Shown here: piece by piece, positions 27,701-39,700 of the stretch
How the letters are laid out: each line of letters starts with the position of its first letter
Position numbering within the stretch: position 1 is the stretch's first letter
NCBI GenBank assembly: GCA_002633005.1
Contig: NMRA01000417.1
Location: 200,158 to 264,157 of the forward strand
DNA: 64,000 bases
Origin: Phoronis australis
Lineage: Eukaryota; Animalia; Phoronida
Direction: 5' to 3'
The notes under the pieces: model-generated
What the model was told of the DNA's origin: nothing
Seen by the model: only the letters and a program-made list of their open reading frames with translations
Databases searched by the model: none
Made by a program: the position numbers and the translations under genes

Positions 27701-30700
27701 ATTGTCGGACAACCAGGCGCAGATTATGTACGAAAGGGATTGAATGATTGTGTTTAACAGGGGCACAATTCCGTTATAAAATCATTATTTTTCACTTTCG
27801 ATCCACAAACGGCGAAGGGTGCCATGTAACTTGTGCTTATTCATTATTACTAGTGATCATTTTTACTAGCGATCATTTTTACTTGCAATTCCTTTTACTA
27901 GTGATTAATTAAACTAGAGATCATTTTACTAGCTATTATTTTACTAGCGATTATTTTTACTAGCGGTTATTATGTGCCCACATATTTATATAAATTTAGA
28001 ATATAGGCATCTATTAGTGAGATGAAGCTATCCTTTCATTTTCGGATGGATTCGGCCTAGTTTGCACCACCTAGTAGCCATTTTTGCAGTTTTCGAGTAT
28101 GTTTTTTGGCATCCACCCCTCTATCAACTAAACCGCTCTAAGGATGATTACGAAAATTGGCATGTATGTTCTTACTATGAAGAGGATGGCTGACGATGAT
28201 TTTCCAACGACTTCGACTACTGTGGCGCCTCCTAAAGGCAGTTTTGTTTTTCTTGCACCCATGGCTGTATCTCCTAAACTGTTTGCGGGATCTTTACTAT
28301 ATTTAGCTAGTGTATTTATATGATATTGACAACGAACGACGATGACTTTCACACCAATCTGATCACCAGTGACCCCTAGTGGCAATTTTAGTTTTTTTAT
28401 GTTTACCGCTGTATATTTAAAGGTCCTGAACGGAATTTCATAAAATTCGGAATATAGGCATGTATTGTTGGGGTGACGCTATCCTCCCATTTTCGGATAG
28501 ATTCGAGGTATTTTGCACCACCTAGTTGCCATTTTTATGCGCCCACATATTTATATGTGGACGCATTATGCCGTCATCTCCGTCCGTCCGTCCGTACGGG
28601 CGGCGTGCGTCTGGCGTCCGGCGTCCGCTGCTCTATCTCCAAAACCCTTTGACATACGTTCATGAAATTTGGCACATATGTTCCATTCATGAATGGGACG
28701 GCATGTGCGAACTTTCGGACGGATCCGACTACCGGTGTGCCCCCTAGTGGCAATTTTAGTTTTTTACATTTACCTTTGTATCTTCAAAAGTCCTTAACGG
28801 ATTTTCATGAAATTTGGTATGTAGGCACCTATTAGTGCGTTGATGCTATCCTCCCGTTTTCGGATGGATTCGACCTAGTTTGCGACANNNNNNNNNNNNN
28901 NNNNNNNNNNNNNNNNNNNNNNNNNNNNNNNNNNNNNNNNNNNNNNNNNNNNNNNNNNNNNNNNNNNNNNNNNNNNNNNNNNNNNNNNNNNNNNNNNNNN
29001 NNNNNNNNNNNNNNNNNNNNNNNNNNNNNNNNNNNNNNNNNNNNNNNNNNNNNNNNNNNNNNNNNGGGCGCATTTCAATGCTCTGCGTTGCTCTTGTTAC
29101 TGTTTTCGAGTCTGTTTTTGGCATCCACCCTCTATCAACCAAACCATTCTAAGGATGATTTTGAAAATTGGCCTATATTTTCTCTGTATGAAGAAGTCGA
29201 TTTCGCTGACAACTTCGGTTACTGTGGCACCTCCTAGTGGTGGTTTTCTTTTGTTTTACAGCCATAGCTGTATCTCCTAAACCCACTGTAGGATCTTTAT
29301 TGAATTTAGTAAGTGTATTTATATGAAGCTAACAATAGATGACGACTTTGAGGCGGATGGTGTGCCCCCTAATGGCAATTGCATTTTCTTCGTTTTCCTT
29401 TGTTTCTCTGAAGTTCCTTGATAGATTTTTATGAAATTTGGTAAATATCTTTCTATTAAAGAAGCGATGGCATGTTCCGTTTTCAGATGGTGTGGACATG
29501 TTGTGCCATCTAGTGGCCATTTTTTATGATAGAAATGAACAACTCTAGAAGCACATCGTTTGCAGTGCATTCGTTTGCACATTTCAATGCTTCGCGTTGC
29601 TCTTGTTTTTGCTAGCGATCATTTTCGCTAGCGATCATTTTTGCTAGCGATTATTTTTGCTAGCGATCATTTTTAATAGCGATTTTTGCATGGCGGTGAA
29701 GTTTCGCCGTCACGATTAGGTGTGTGGTGGTCAATTTGAGTATGATTTACGAGTGGCGGGGCCAAAAAGGAACGTGGCGGGGCCAAAAAGGAGCGTGGCG
29801 GGCCGCCCAGAAGTTTACACGCAGGGGAAACCTTAATATTACAAAATAATACTACTGTTATCAAATGGGAGTCAGAGTTTCATGTTGCAATACGGTATAA
29901 ACTAATTGTTATTCTAATCATTTAGCTATTGACTGTCTCTTGTGAACTCTTTGAGGTTTGAGCAATGCTGTTATGTTTTGCTACAAGGAGCCTTGAAAAG
30001 AATTCTAACTTTTTAATGGAATGTAATTATTGCCGAACCATATTGGTTGTCAGTCTGCTTTCACTGTGAACTTAATAGTGATGCTACTATTTATTGGGGG
30101 TTGGTGTGAGCAAGGCTGAAACAGGCTTGAAAAGTTTTTTATCTGAGTAATCAGCTGGGGCATGTAAAATGTTTTGTCACTTTCATTGATCAGATTGGTT
30201 ATGTTGTTAACAGCCATCCTTGAGAATGCCTGACCCCAACACTGCCATTGAACACGGTAAACTGCAGATGGTATCTCCTCACCAAGTCAATATAATCTCC
30301 ATGGAAGATGACGAGTTTACCTCTGAAGAAGAACAGGTGAGACGCTGTGGACAACTAGAGCTTGAGTTGTGCTTAGTATGTTGACTAGGTCAGGTGTGTA
30401 GATGATGGAGTTATTGGAGGGCAGGTGGCAGTTGGCGGACCTCTGGCACTGGGGGCAAGGCTGTCTGAGACTCAAAACTACACCACTTGCCTTGGGGAAC
30501 CCTTTCTTAACTAAATTAATGTCATGAAAGAGGTGATTGTTGCCAAGTTGCAAGTAACTTTATTCTAAAACACTACCTTGATGAATGTGTTTGTAGCTTT
30601 TGGAGAAAAAATGAACTTTCACTGCTAAAAGTGATGTGCATGGGTGCTTTTTTAAACTGACACGCAGGCTTCAAAATGAGTTGGGCACAGACCACAACCA

Positions 30701-33700
30701 ATTGCATGCTTTTTATACAATTGTCACACAGTGCCTAAGTAGGTGAATAAAGACTTCCTTGATGTTGATTCATTATGTGTGTGTTGAGTGTTGAGCAGTA
30801 ACTGCAGTGTCAGATTTAATGTTTCAAGAAGGGAGCTCTGGTCAGTTTTAATTGGATTGTTGGTATTGGGGCTGTTAATCATCACCAAAGCAAAACTGTT
30901 GTGAAGACACTGTTTGTTTGTGGTAGTTCGAAAACCGTGAGACAAACCTTGGCCAGATTGTGTGTTGGTATTAGAATCGTGTCACTCTCAGCTATGCTAT
31001 CATGACACTTTCAGATGCGCATTGCGTGTGTTCATGTTACTGCAGACTGCAAGAGTATGCTCAGGGTTATGCTGTATTGGTATCCATTGGACGGTGTCCC
31101 TTTCTAGTTAGCTTATACAAGCATTTTCAGCTGTCCAGGTTCCTTTTGATCTATAAATCTTGTTTCTACTCTTCAGTTTTACGCGAGGAGCTCTGACCAG
31201 TCCTTTGGCATTCTCGGCACACTGGAGTCCCAACCCTACGTTCTGCATCAGGTCATATATTGCCTGAGCTTCTTTCTTCATACTGCTATTGTATCGCCAT
31301 TTGGAAGCATATTCACTTAATTAATGCTATCTACTTAGCACTTTGCTTAAGCTGAGAAAACGTAAAGGAAAGGAGACAATGAAGGGGTTTCCATGTAAAT
31401 TTTGGTAACTCAGTGCAATGTAGCCCTTTGCATACTGCATACTTCTTTATTCTGTTCATGTTCATACCGCAACTGCGCTAACATGCTTCTACTGTTGTTT
31501 TAAGGTGATCAAATGATCCATCATCTGCTGTATCTATTATTTCAAACTCCAGCTTCTCAACCCTACTCTGCTGTACATGTCTCATACTTTACTGTCACAC
31601 TATGGATGATGCTCTCCTACGACACTTATCAATACACAAGTCACACCCTTTACAGTCATTAAAACTCAGACTATCAATGATGCTCTCCTATAACGTATCA
31701 ATACACAAGTCGCACACTTTACTTTCGTTGTAAGTCATACTATCAAGGATGCTCTCCTATAACACGTATCAATATACAGGTCACACACTTTACTGTTGTT
31801 ATAACTTTTTGACTTTCAGTGATGTTCTTCACTTGTAGCATACTATGTTGTCATGGCAATTCAGACTCTCTATGTTTCAGCAATCTCTATCTCATGCAAA
31901 TTACTGGAACAGGGGACATGTTACTTTTATGTATGTAAATGTTCTTATCAACTAACTTAATGTGTTTAGTTTAGTGCTGGAGTTTTACTAGACAGTGAGT
32001 TATGTCTCGTAGCATTCTGGAGCTTATATTAATTAGATGCTAATGTCTTGCCGTGTTAGTGCCTGTGTCATTACTGGTCATCTTACTATTACAGGCCATT
32101 GATGACCACGGTCCATTCAGTGACCTGAGTGTCCTCAAGACTAAACCGGCCCACCTAGCTGTATTTATCCATTACCTCATCTCCAACAGTTACGACCCAT
32201 CCGCCCTGGTGAGTTGGTCAGCTGTCAGGAAGTCATTCATTTGCCAATTTCTAAGTTGTACTGTACATTGTTTTCTATTAAAACCCGAGAGGTGTCTAGT
32301 CATGCCTGTTGTACCGATGAAGACAGTAACAGTTGTCACTGTCTATTCTTCAAGAGCTCCTGTCTGTTAGAAGGGTAGTAAATGTATTCTCCAAGAAGTG
32401 TCTGTTAAACGGGTAGTACGTGACTTCTTCAAGAGTTGCTGTTTCTCTAAAAATGGTGGTAAACATGTTCTTCAACACTGTAAATTATTAACTTTTTTGA
32501 AAATGTCCATAGTTTTGACATTATTGTATGTATGTGGTATTTATTGTTGCAGCTGTTCTATCTTGTGAGTGAGAATTATGGGTCAGGTTCACAGAAGGAG
32601 ATGAGAAAGTGGGCATATGAAATATATTCTACATTTTTACTCAAGGAAGCTGTGAGTATATAACTAGGGTTAGATAAGATACAAAGTCTTGTCTGTTTAA
32701 AGATTAACACTTGACCACTACTCATGTGTCTAGTTTCATTGAGTAAGTTTTGAGTGACGCTTTTAAGTGACTGTGTTCAGGTATTAAGTAGGTGTAGAAT
32801 TAACACACCTGCTGATTCACTTATGATGTGCTGGAGTCCCGAGTCGTGTCTGACCACTTAATGCTGCGTTCAGTTTGTGTAGGTCATCCAGTTAATTCAT
32901 CATGGTTATTGTGTATTACAGCCGCTGACTGTGTCTGTGGAAGACTCAGTGGTGACAGACATTGATGATGTGCTGGTGAATAAGTATGACAAGGAGGATG
33001 TTCTGCGTAATGTGTTTGAATCTGCACGCACCCAGGTCCTGGACACGGTGAACGAGTTGTTAGCTGACTTTAGGAATAAACGAGCATTAGGTTAGTGTGT
33101 TACTCGCCTGCTTAATATGTACTGTTTTTCACTTCTTTTTCATTACCATGAAAAGAAGGATATTTTCTTCCCCTTGGCATTTGGTAAGGAAGCTGTTTTT
33201 TGTTTTCAAACCTGTGGTATTGCTCATATCCATCAAACTGCTCCATACCAAAACTGCATTTATTTTGTGACGGTGTTGAAAACAGTCTATGTTTTAACCT
33301 GCTCTTTCAAGAATGCTGTTTTCCAACAATGACGCAATTCCGTTGAAAAGGCTACAAATTTCACAGTGTGGGCACAAAAAGTATTGAAATTTCTCCTCGT
33401 TCCCTCCAGTTCTTGCAGCTTGAAAGCAAGCTTTCACTCCTGGTGCAGGCTACTTGATTATCACACATGTTCCAGTCCTGTGGACTTTCTTAATAAAATT
33501 CACCTCTGTGCTTCTAGCATCTTTTCATAGGTTTTTGGAGCTTCTTGTCTAGTGATATCGCCATGTGTTTCTTTACTAACATTTTTTAAGGTGCTGCACT
33601 GTTTTGCCCCAATGGAGAATATGTGATAGGCATACTTCTTAAGTTTAAATTTCATCTGTAAAATGTGCTAGTAACTCAGTGATCTTCACTCTTTTGACAG

Positions 33701-36700
33701 TGATTGTGCTGTGGCGTTTAGCTCAGATATCCGTTTTAAGACATTATATTAACTTGCTGACATGCTGTGTTGTGCAGGTCTAAGTCAATTCTATGGAGAC
33801 CAAGTGCTGCAGGATGATAATATGGACAAGACAACAGAACTACGTCACACTGAGAATGTGCTGGCCCAAGACTGGCAGACACTGTAAGTATAACATTACT
33901 AGGTCTGCAACTAGTGATTGGGTCATGGGTGGGATTCTGCATGGATGATAAACTGCGTGGGATGTTCAGTGAGGATATTTGTCGGAAAAGTGGTGAGGAG
34001 CCATTCAAGTGTTATCAGTGTTGTACTGTCTTTGTAGTGAAGTAACAAAACATTGTGAAAATACAAACAGTAAACTTCAAAAAAGGATGAGATGTCTGTT
34101 CACAGTGATGGACATGGCTTGTATGTTCAGAGTGATGAGCATGGGTTGTTGTTTGTTCTCACTGATGAATGTGGCCTCTTGCCTGTTCACAGCCATGAAC
34201 ATGGCTTTTTGTGTGTTCACAGTAATGAACATGGCTTGCCATGTGCATTGTTTACAGCCTGCAACATATTGTTCTCCGATCTTGCAGTGTGACAGACAAC
34301 AGAGACAGGAGTCAAGCGATGGCCTCAGCACTTGCCACGTTTCTAAAAAATCTGGGCATCACACGCATCGGCAACGTAAACTTACTCGACAGGTGTTCAA
34401 GCTTCAACACACGAGATAAACGAATATTTAAGATCAAATCAAACAAGAAGGTAGGTATTCTCTGTTTTTGGGGGTGGGGTCAAACTTGACAGGTGTGCTG
34501 GTTTTTTAATGCGTACACTAGCACATACCTAGCATACCCTCATTGGGCCAAAGGTCTAGATGCCGTTTTGGATATCTAGTCAACTCTTCAAACTTTTGTC
34601 AATGCGGAAGTCTTCCAATTGACTTCAAGTCATTATCGAGGGGTTGGACCTTACATCCACATTTTTAGTACAGCATTTGTGTTTACTTATTCATTGGTTT
34701 TATTAATTAAATATTTTACCCATTGTCATTTTAATAATGATGAAATGACCCCCATTGCTAAGTTATTTTAAAACTGACTAAATAAATTTGAATCTAGTTG
34801 TAAGACCATTGATGTACAAGTTTTGATCTGTAATATTCACACCTGAGTTGATATCCTCGGCATACCTACTATGTTGGTGTAAATGTTCAGTTGGTCACAG
34901 TCACCGAGTTTTACATACAGTTGCCATTTATGATCTTTCTGGGAAGGTCAAACTGCCGCAGACACATGGAGCATTACATGTCAGTCCACTGGTCAGATGA
35001 TATTATTTAGTTAATGTCTAGATAATGTTAAAGGAGAATGCCACCCGATTTTAGTAGTCTTTTTTTACTGTCTTAGTTAGTCTATCCACATCGCCTCTTA
35101 TACAGTCGACCTCACCTTGCCGAGAGGTGTCGCGTTAACCTGTGAGGAAGGTGAGAAACGACGCAGCGACGTCAGTGGTTCGCCTACAGCGTGAATGCCA
35201 CTATGTCGCGGTGCATCGTTCCCGCTTGTCCAAACTATGAAGCTGCGAAGAAAGCGGGTATATCGTTTTTTCGACTTCCTCGAGAGCCCTACATGCTTAG
35301 GAAGTGGCTCGCGGTAGTGAGGAATGAAAGGTATGTTGTTGATAGCAAGTATGAGGCTGTGAAACATCTCCGTGTCTGTGGCCGGCATTTCGTCTACAGT
35401 GATTTCTCTGAAAAATTTCATCTTGCCAAAGAACTATCCATACGTTCCGTTGCCTGTGCATGTTCACGGTGCCTCTCTAGTATTTCTTGATCAGTATATT
35501 CCTGTTCGAACTGATAGCCTGAAACCTAACGATCCGACCCGTGAAATCTTCATAGGATGCCAGTGAGCTCTCGACTAAGTCGGGATTGGCGCCGGGCGAG
35601 TTGCCATGTAGACGTTTATTATTCTGCGTTCTGTTTCAAAATGAATTGTTCTCATCCTAAAATGATCCTAACCATGCTTATATGAAACTGAAACAAAGAC
35701 ACAATTGGATACAATTTCTAATGCCTTGGAGTGCTCGCAAATGTTTTGACATTATGGCGTTTTCCCATTGCTCCCAACTTGTTCGATTCTATAGCCCAAC
35801 AACATGTTGGGATGTTTACCCCTGTAGCCAATATCTTACATGACTGATTAACTCCATTCTGACATTTATGGTTGGAGGGCCAGCTCTCTTTTGTTCGATA
35901 ATTACTCTAATCTACAATAAGATCGTATCTACCCTAACTGGGCTGCGCTGTTAAAAATAAAAGTTAAGTTTTAACATATTTGAACATAAACCAATAGCGT
36001 TTCTGAAATCTTCGTCAAATGGTGATCATGTTTAGTTTTTGAATCGCCAAAATCGCCCAACTGCAACTAAAGTTACGACAATCTGTTCTTTCCAAATACA
36101 CCAATTCACTCTGATTTTGACTGTTCACATGTGGTCTGTTATAAGCGTGGCAGATAACTGACCTGCTTGTCATAACAGACAAAAGACTGTACTTGGCAGT
36201 TAACAAAGAAGCTAGATGTTATCACACACTCAGAACCCCTACGTCTGGTAAAGTAACTGAACGGGAAAAAGCTGTCATGAGAAGCCAGCAATGAATAAAC
36301 CACTGCATTACCGGCTTTTGATGCCGGCAACAAAGGTAATAGATCGGGCACCGAGGCCGTGTGAACGCATGCTAATTCAGTGTTTGCTGACAGAAAGCTG
36401 TTATGAAACAATTGCTCGATTTTATATGCTATGGTCGCATGTTAGGGGAATCTTTATTTTGAAATACAAATACATTATTCAAATCATTGTTACTGTACAA
36501 CCTGTGCCCTGACGATCTGTGGAAGGGGAACCTAACTTCGCAGCCCCCGACAAGTAGATCTGTATTCAGTTTCGTGGCTAATTCCCATAAATAATTACAT
36601 GCACATTATTTCTTTGGCTCACTATTATAGTCTTTTCATGACGAGGTTTATTTTTCGGGTTCTGAGCCACTGGCCGGGATTACGAGTCAGTCCGGCCGCG

Positions 36701-39700
36701 ACGGGCCTGATGGGGCTCCGAGCCACTGGCTGGGATAATGAGCGTTTTGTGTGTTTATAACCCAAAAAATCACAAGTCTAAACAACACAGATCTAGGTTC
36801 TCCTGTCTGTATTTCACGGAAGAATACTTCGAATTTATCTCCGAACAGACTCCAAACTCCTGCTACGGACCTTGGTAAATTGGCCTGCCTAACTTTGCAG
36901 GTTACGGTGTGTCCAAATACCAGTAAATCCGTAACAGAGAAATAAAACAACACGTTTTTATAAGAACTCGGTGTATTTTTAAGGGTTTTACATTGAAGTT
37001 TGTTGGTTTATTGGTGTTAAACAATGAATTCAAGTGATAAGCTGACACCATTAACCCGTGTTGTGAACTGCTGAACAGACTGCGTGTGAAACCAATTATG
37101 TCATTGGATAATTTCAACACCTCCGTCTGCCGTCACGTGTCAGGTAACGCATCCGAACCTGCCGTTATTGAGTAGAACTACTCGATGTAAATTGATACAA
37201 AATAGGTTGTTTTTTTGGGTGGCATTCTCCTTTAAATGAGAAGGAGCTAAACAAGGCGATGCGCCTGTCCAGTTGATTGTGTTTCTATTGAATATGTTTG
37301 TGTGTTTAGGTTTTCACTCATAAGGGCCACAATTTCGCTGCCAGCCACTATTACAGTACAGTCTACTGCGCCAACTGTCACAAGGCTTTGTGGGGTATCG
37401 GTAACCAGGGATACCAGTGCATTAGTAAGTACAAAACGTACCACACCCAGAGATGGGGCATATCACGTATCAATTCTCTTTTATTAATATTCATATTTTA
37501 CTGGTATGCTTATTGTCAAAGTGTGGTTAGTGACATCGATGTCAGAGAATGATGTTCTATTCACAGACTGTGAGGTGAGCTTACACAAGAATTGCCTGGA
37601 AAAGTTTGAAGATTTGTGTGGCAAAAAGAACAAAAAGGATCGTCGGTCTGTGTTGGGCTTTGACCGAATACGCAAGCCAAGTACACCTAACCCTGCTGCT
37701 AGTAAGTACTTGTTACATGTGGCTGTTATTGTCTGATGGTCTTGTTTGTTTAAATTACGAAATGGTCCTGAGTATATAGGAGAGAGGAAGGGAGGGAGGG
37801 GTGCGATGGAGGGGTAGAGGGAGGGAGGGACAGAGGGAGCGAGAGGCAGAGACAGGACGGCAACAGATTGACAGAGCTTACAAGCAACTGTTCAGGGTTT
37901 GATTTTAGTCCAATTTATGAAGTATTAAATAGGGTTTTGATTTAAGTCAGTTGGTGAAGTACTGAATAGGGTTTTGATTTTAGTCCAGGTAGTAGTGATC
38001 ATTTTTTTCCATGGAAGTGGTGAACGTGTGTCCTTACTTTGTTTATGTGAGACCTGATTGGGTGTGTGTGCATGTGAGAGGTTGTTGAAGAAGGGAGAGT
38101 AGCCCTTAATGGCTTAAAAAGTAAACTGTGTGCATGGTCAAAGCACTAATGTTGATCCCAACCATGTTTGTGTTACAGGAATTAGTCTTTCATTTGTGTC
38201 TTAGAAACTTGAAGAAATATTTGTATCACAATAAACAAATCTATTTCAGTGAGTTCTTAGCCAGCAGCATGGTCATTTCCCTGACACTTTAAGTGTGGTG
38301 GTTCTCAAATGTCACTGATTCTAAATTTAGCTGCGACATCATTTTATCTTAGTTTAGGAGGCTTTGAGTGTTTTTATGGCAAGTGACTTATTCTGAGTAA
38401 TTATGTGTTCTGCCAGTGACAACAGCTTCTCAATTGAAACTGAAGTAAGCGTGATCATGTACAAACATGGCCATGGTTACGAAGAACTTTCCTTCTCATG
38501 CTGTAAGTTTTAAACGTTTTTACACTGGCATGAACTTGACGGCACTGCCAAGGGAGCAAACTAATCGCCTGATGGTGGTTTTTATGCAAACTTAATTACT
38601 GAATATCAAAGTGTAAGTCAAAATGTTTTCCATGAGAAATTTTTTCTGCATCACTCCCACAGTCGATGCCTCACGATAGTTTTTTACAGGATGTTTTTTC
38701 AGTCATTGCAAAAATTTCACGTGCAGACAAAAGGAATGAGTTAGCACTTAGATTTGTCGTGGTTTGCTTATTCAACTACTGATGACACATGGCAGGTTAC
38801 TTCTAGAATTTTGGCAGATATCTGTTCATTGTGTATTTTTTCCTTTCTCAAGTTGCAAACTTTGGTACTTGAATACATGTTGGCAACTGGTCTTTCGGTA
38901 AATTCTTTACACTTATTGGACTTCAGTTTTGAAGATCATAGGTCACCAGGTGACTCTCTGGCTCATATTAAGCACCCATGGTCAGTTAAGTGTTCACCCT
39001 AATTTCTCAAATTTTATATTTAGGCGCCACTCTGATTTCCAGTCTGATCAGTTGGAAGTGCTCAGGGTGATGACACAAATGTTTACCATAATCTTCCTAG
39101 TAAAACCCTGAAATTTTTAACAGTTTGCAATTGACAAACAAACTAAGCCTTGTTTGAAATTGAGATACAAATTGGCATATTATGTAAGCCTGTATCTAGG
39201 TTCTTCTACACGGTATAAGCTAAATAGCTGAGAATATCTTAAGAAAAAGTTTATGGCAGTGTGTCAATATTGGGAGCACCACTTCCAACTATGGTCTTAC
39301 TCATTAAATTGGTTTGTGTATGAGCGTGTCTACCTAATTCTGGATTTAGGCACAGTTTCAAAATTAATGTAGTCATATGGCCAAAAATCCATGCAGATAG
39401 GGTAGTATTTAATTACAAGAAGTCATGTTTAGCTCTTGTAAATTAGTGCTTTAGCAAGATGTTTGCTTTGTGATGTTTTCAAGTAATTAGACACAGTTAA
39501 TAAACATGCAAGGCACTGCTGTGTACACGTTCTTGATTGAGGTTACATCACATTCTGATGGGAGGGTATAAATAGTGGGGAAGCGGTTGTTTGTTGAATG
39601 TACAGCATCTGGTGATTTGTGTGCACTTGGGCGTGCTCTCTCCTCCCCCTCCCCCTCTCCGCCTTCTATTTCTTACCTTTCCTCCCCTTCCTTCCTTCCC

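Larger units (their letters stand above)
27845..29690. repeat. 16-bp minisatellite (TTTTTACTAGCGATCA)n split by HINE insertion
   Basis: Array at 27845-27970 resumes at about 29605-29690. Confidence 0.8.
26908..29835. mobile_element. hAT-like TIR element hosting nested insertions
   Basis: CAGGGTTTCCCCTGGGT ... ACGCAGGGGAAACCTTA (14/17 inverted), subterminal AAAGGAGCGTGG repeats near both ends, ATATT on both flanks. Spans an N gap. Confidence 0.55.

Noticed and set aside
28846-29152. ORFs spanning poly-X
   Set aside because: Artefacts of the N gap 28888-29065.
33970-33992. 23-nt micro-exon (ttcag|TGAGGAT...AGTG|gtgagg)
   Set aside because: Would break the phase between exons 33778-33883 and 34288-34450, which join directly.
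36000-37100. KolX or DDE transposase coding remnants in the Kolobok-like element
   Set aside because: I could not recognise diagnostic motifs by eye in any frame. This needs a translated HMM search.
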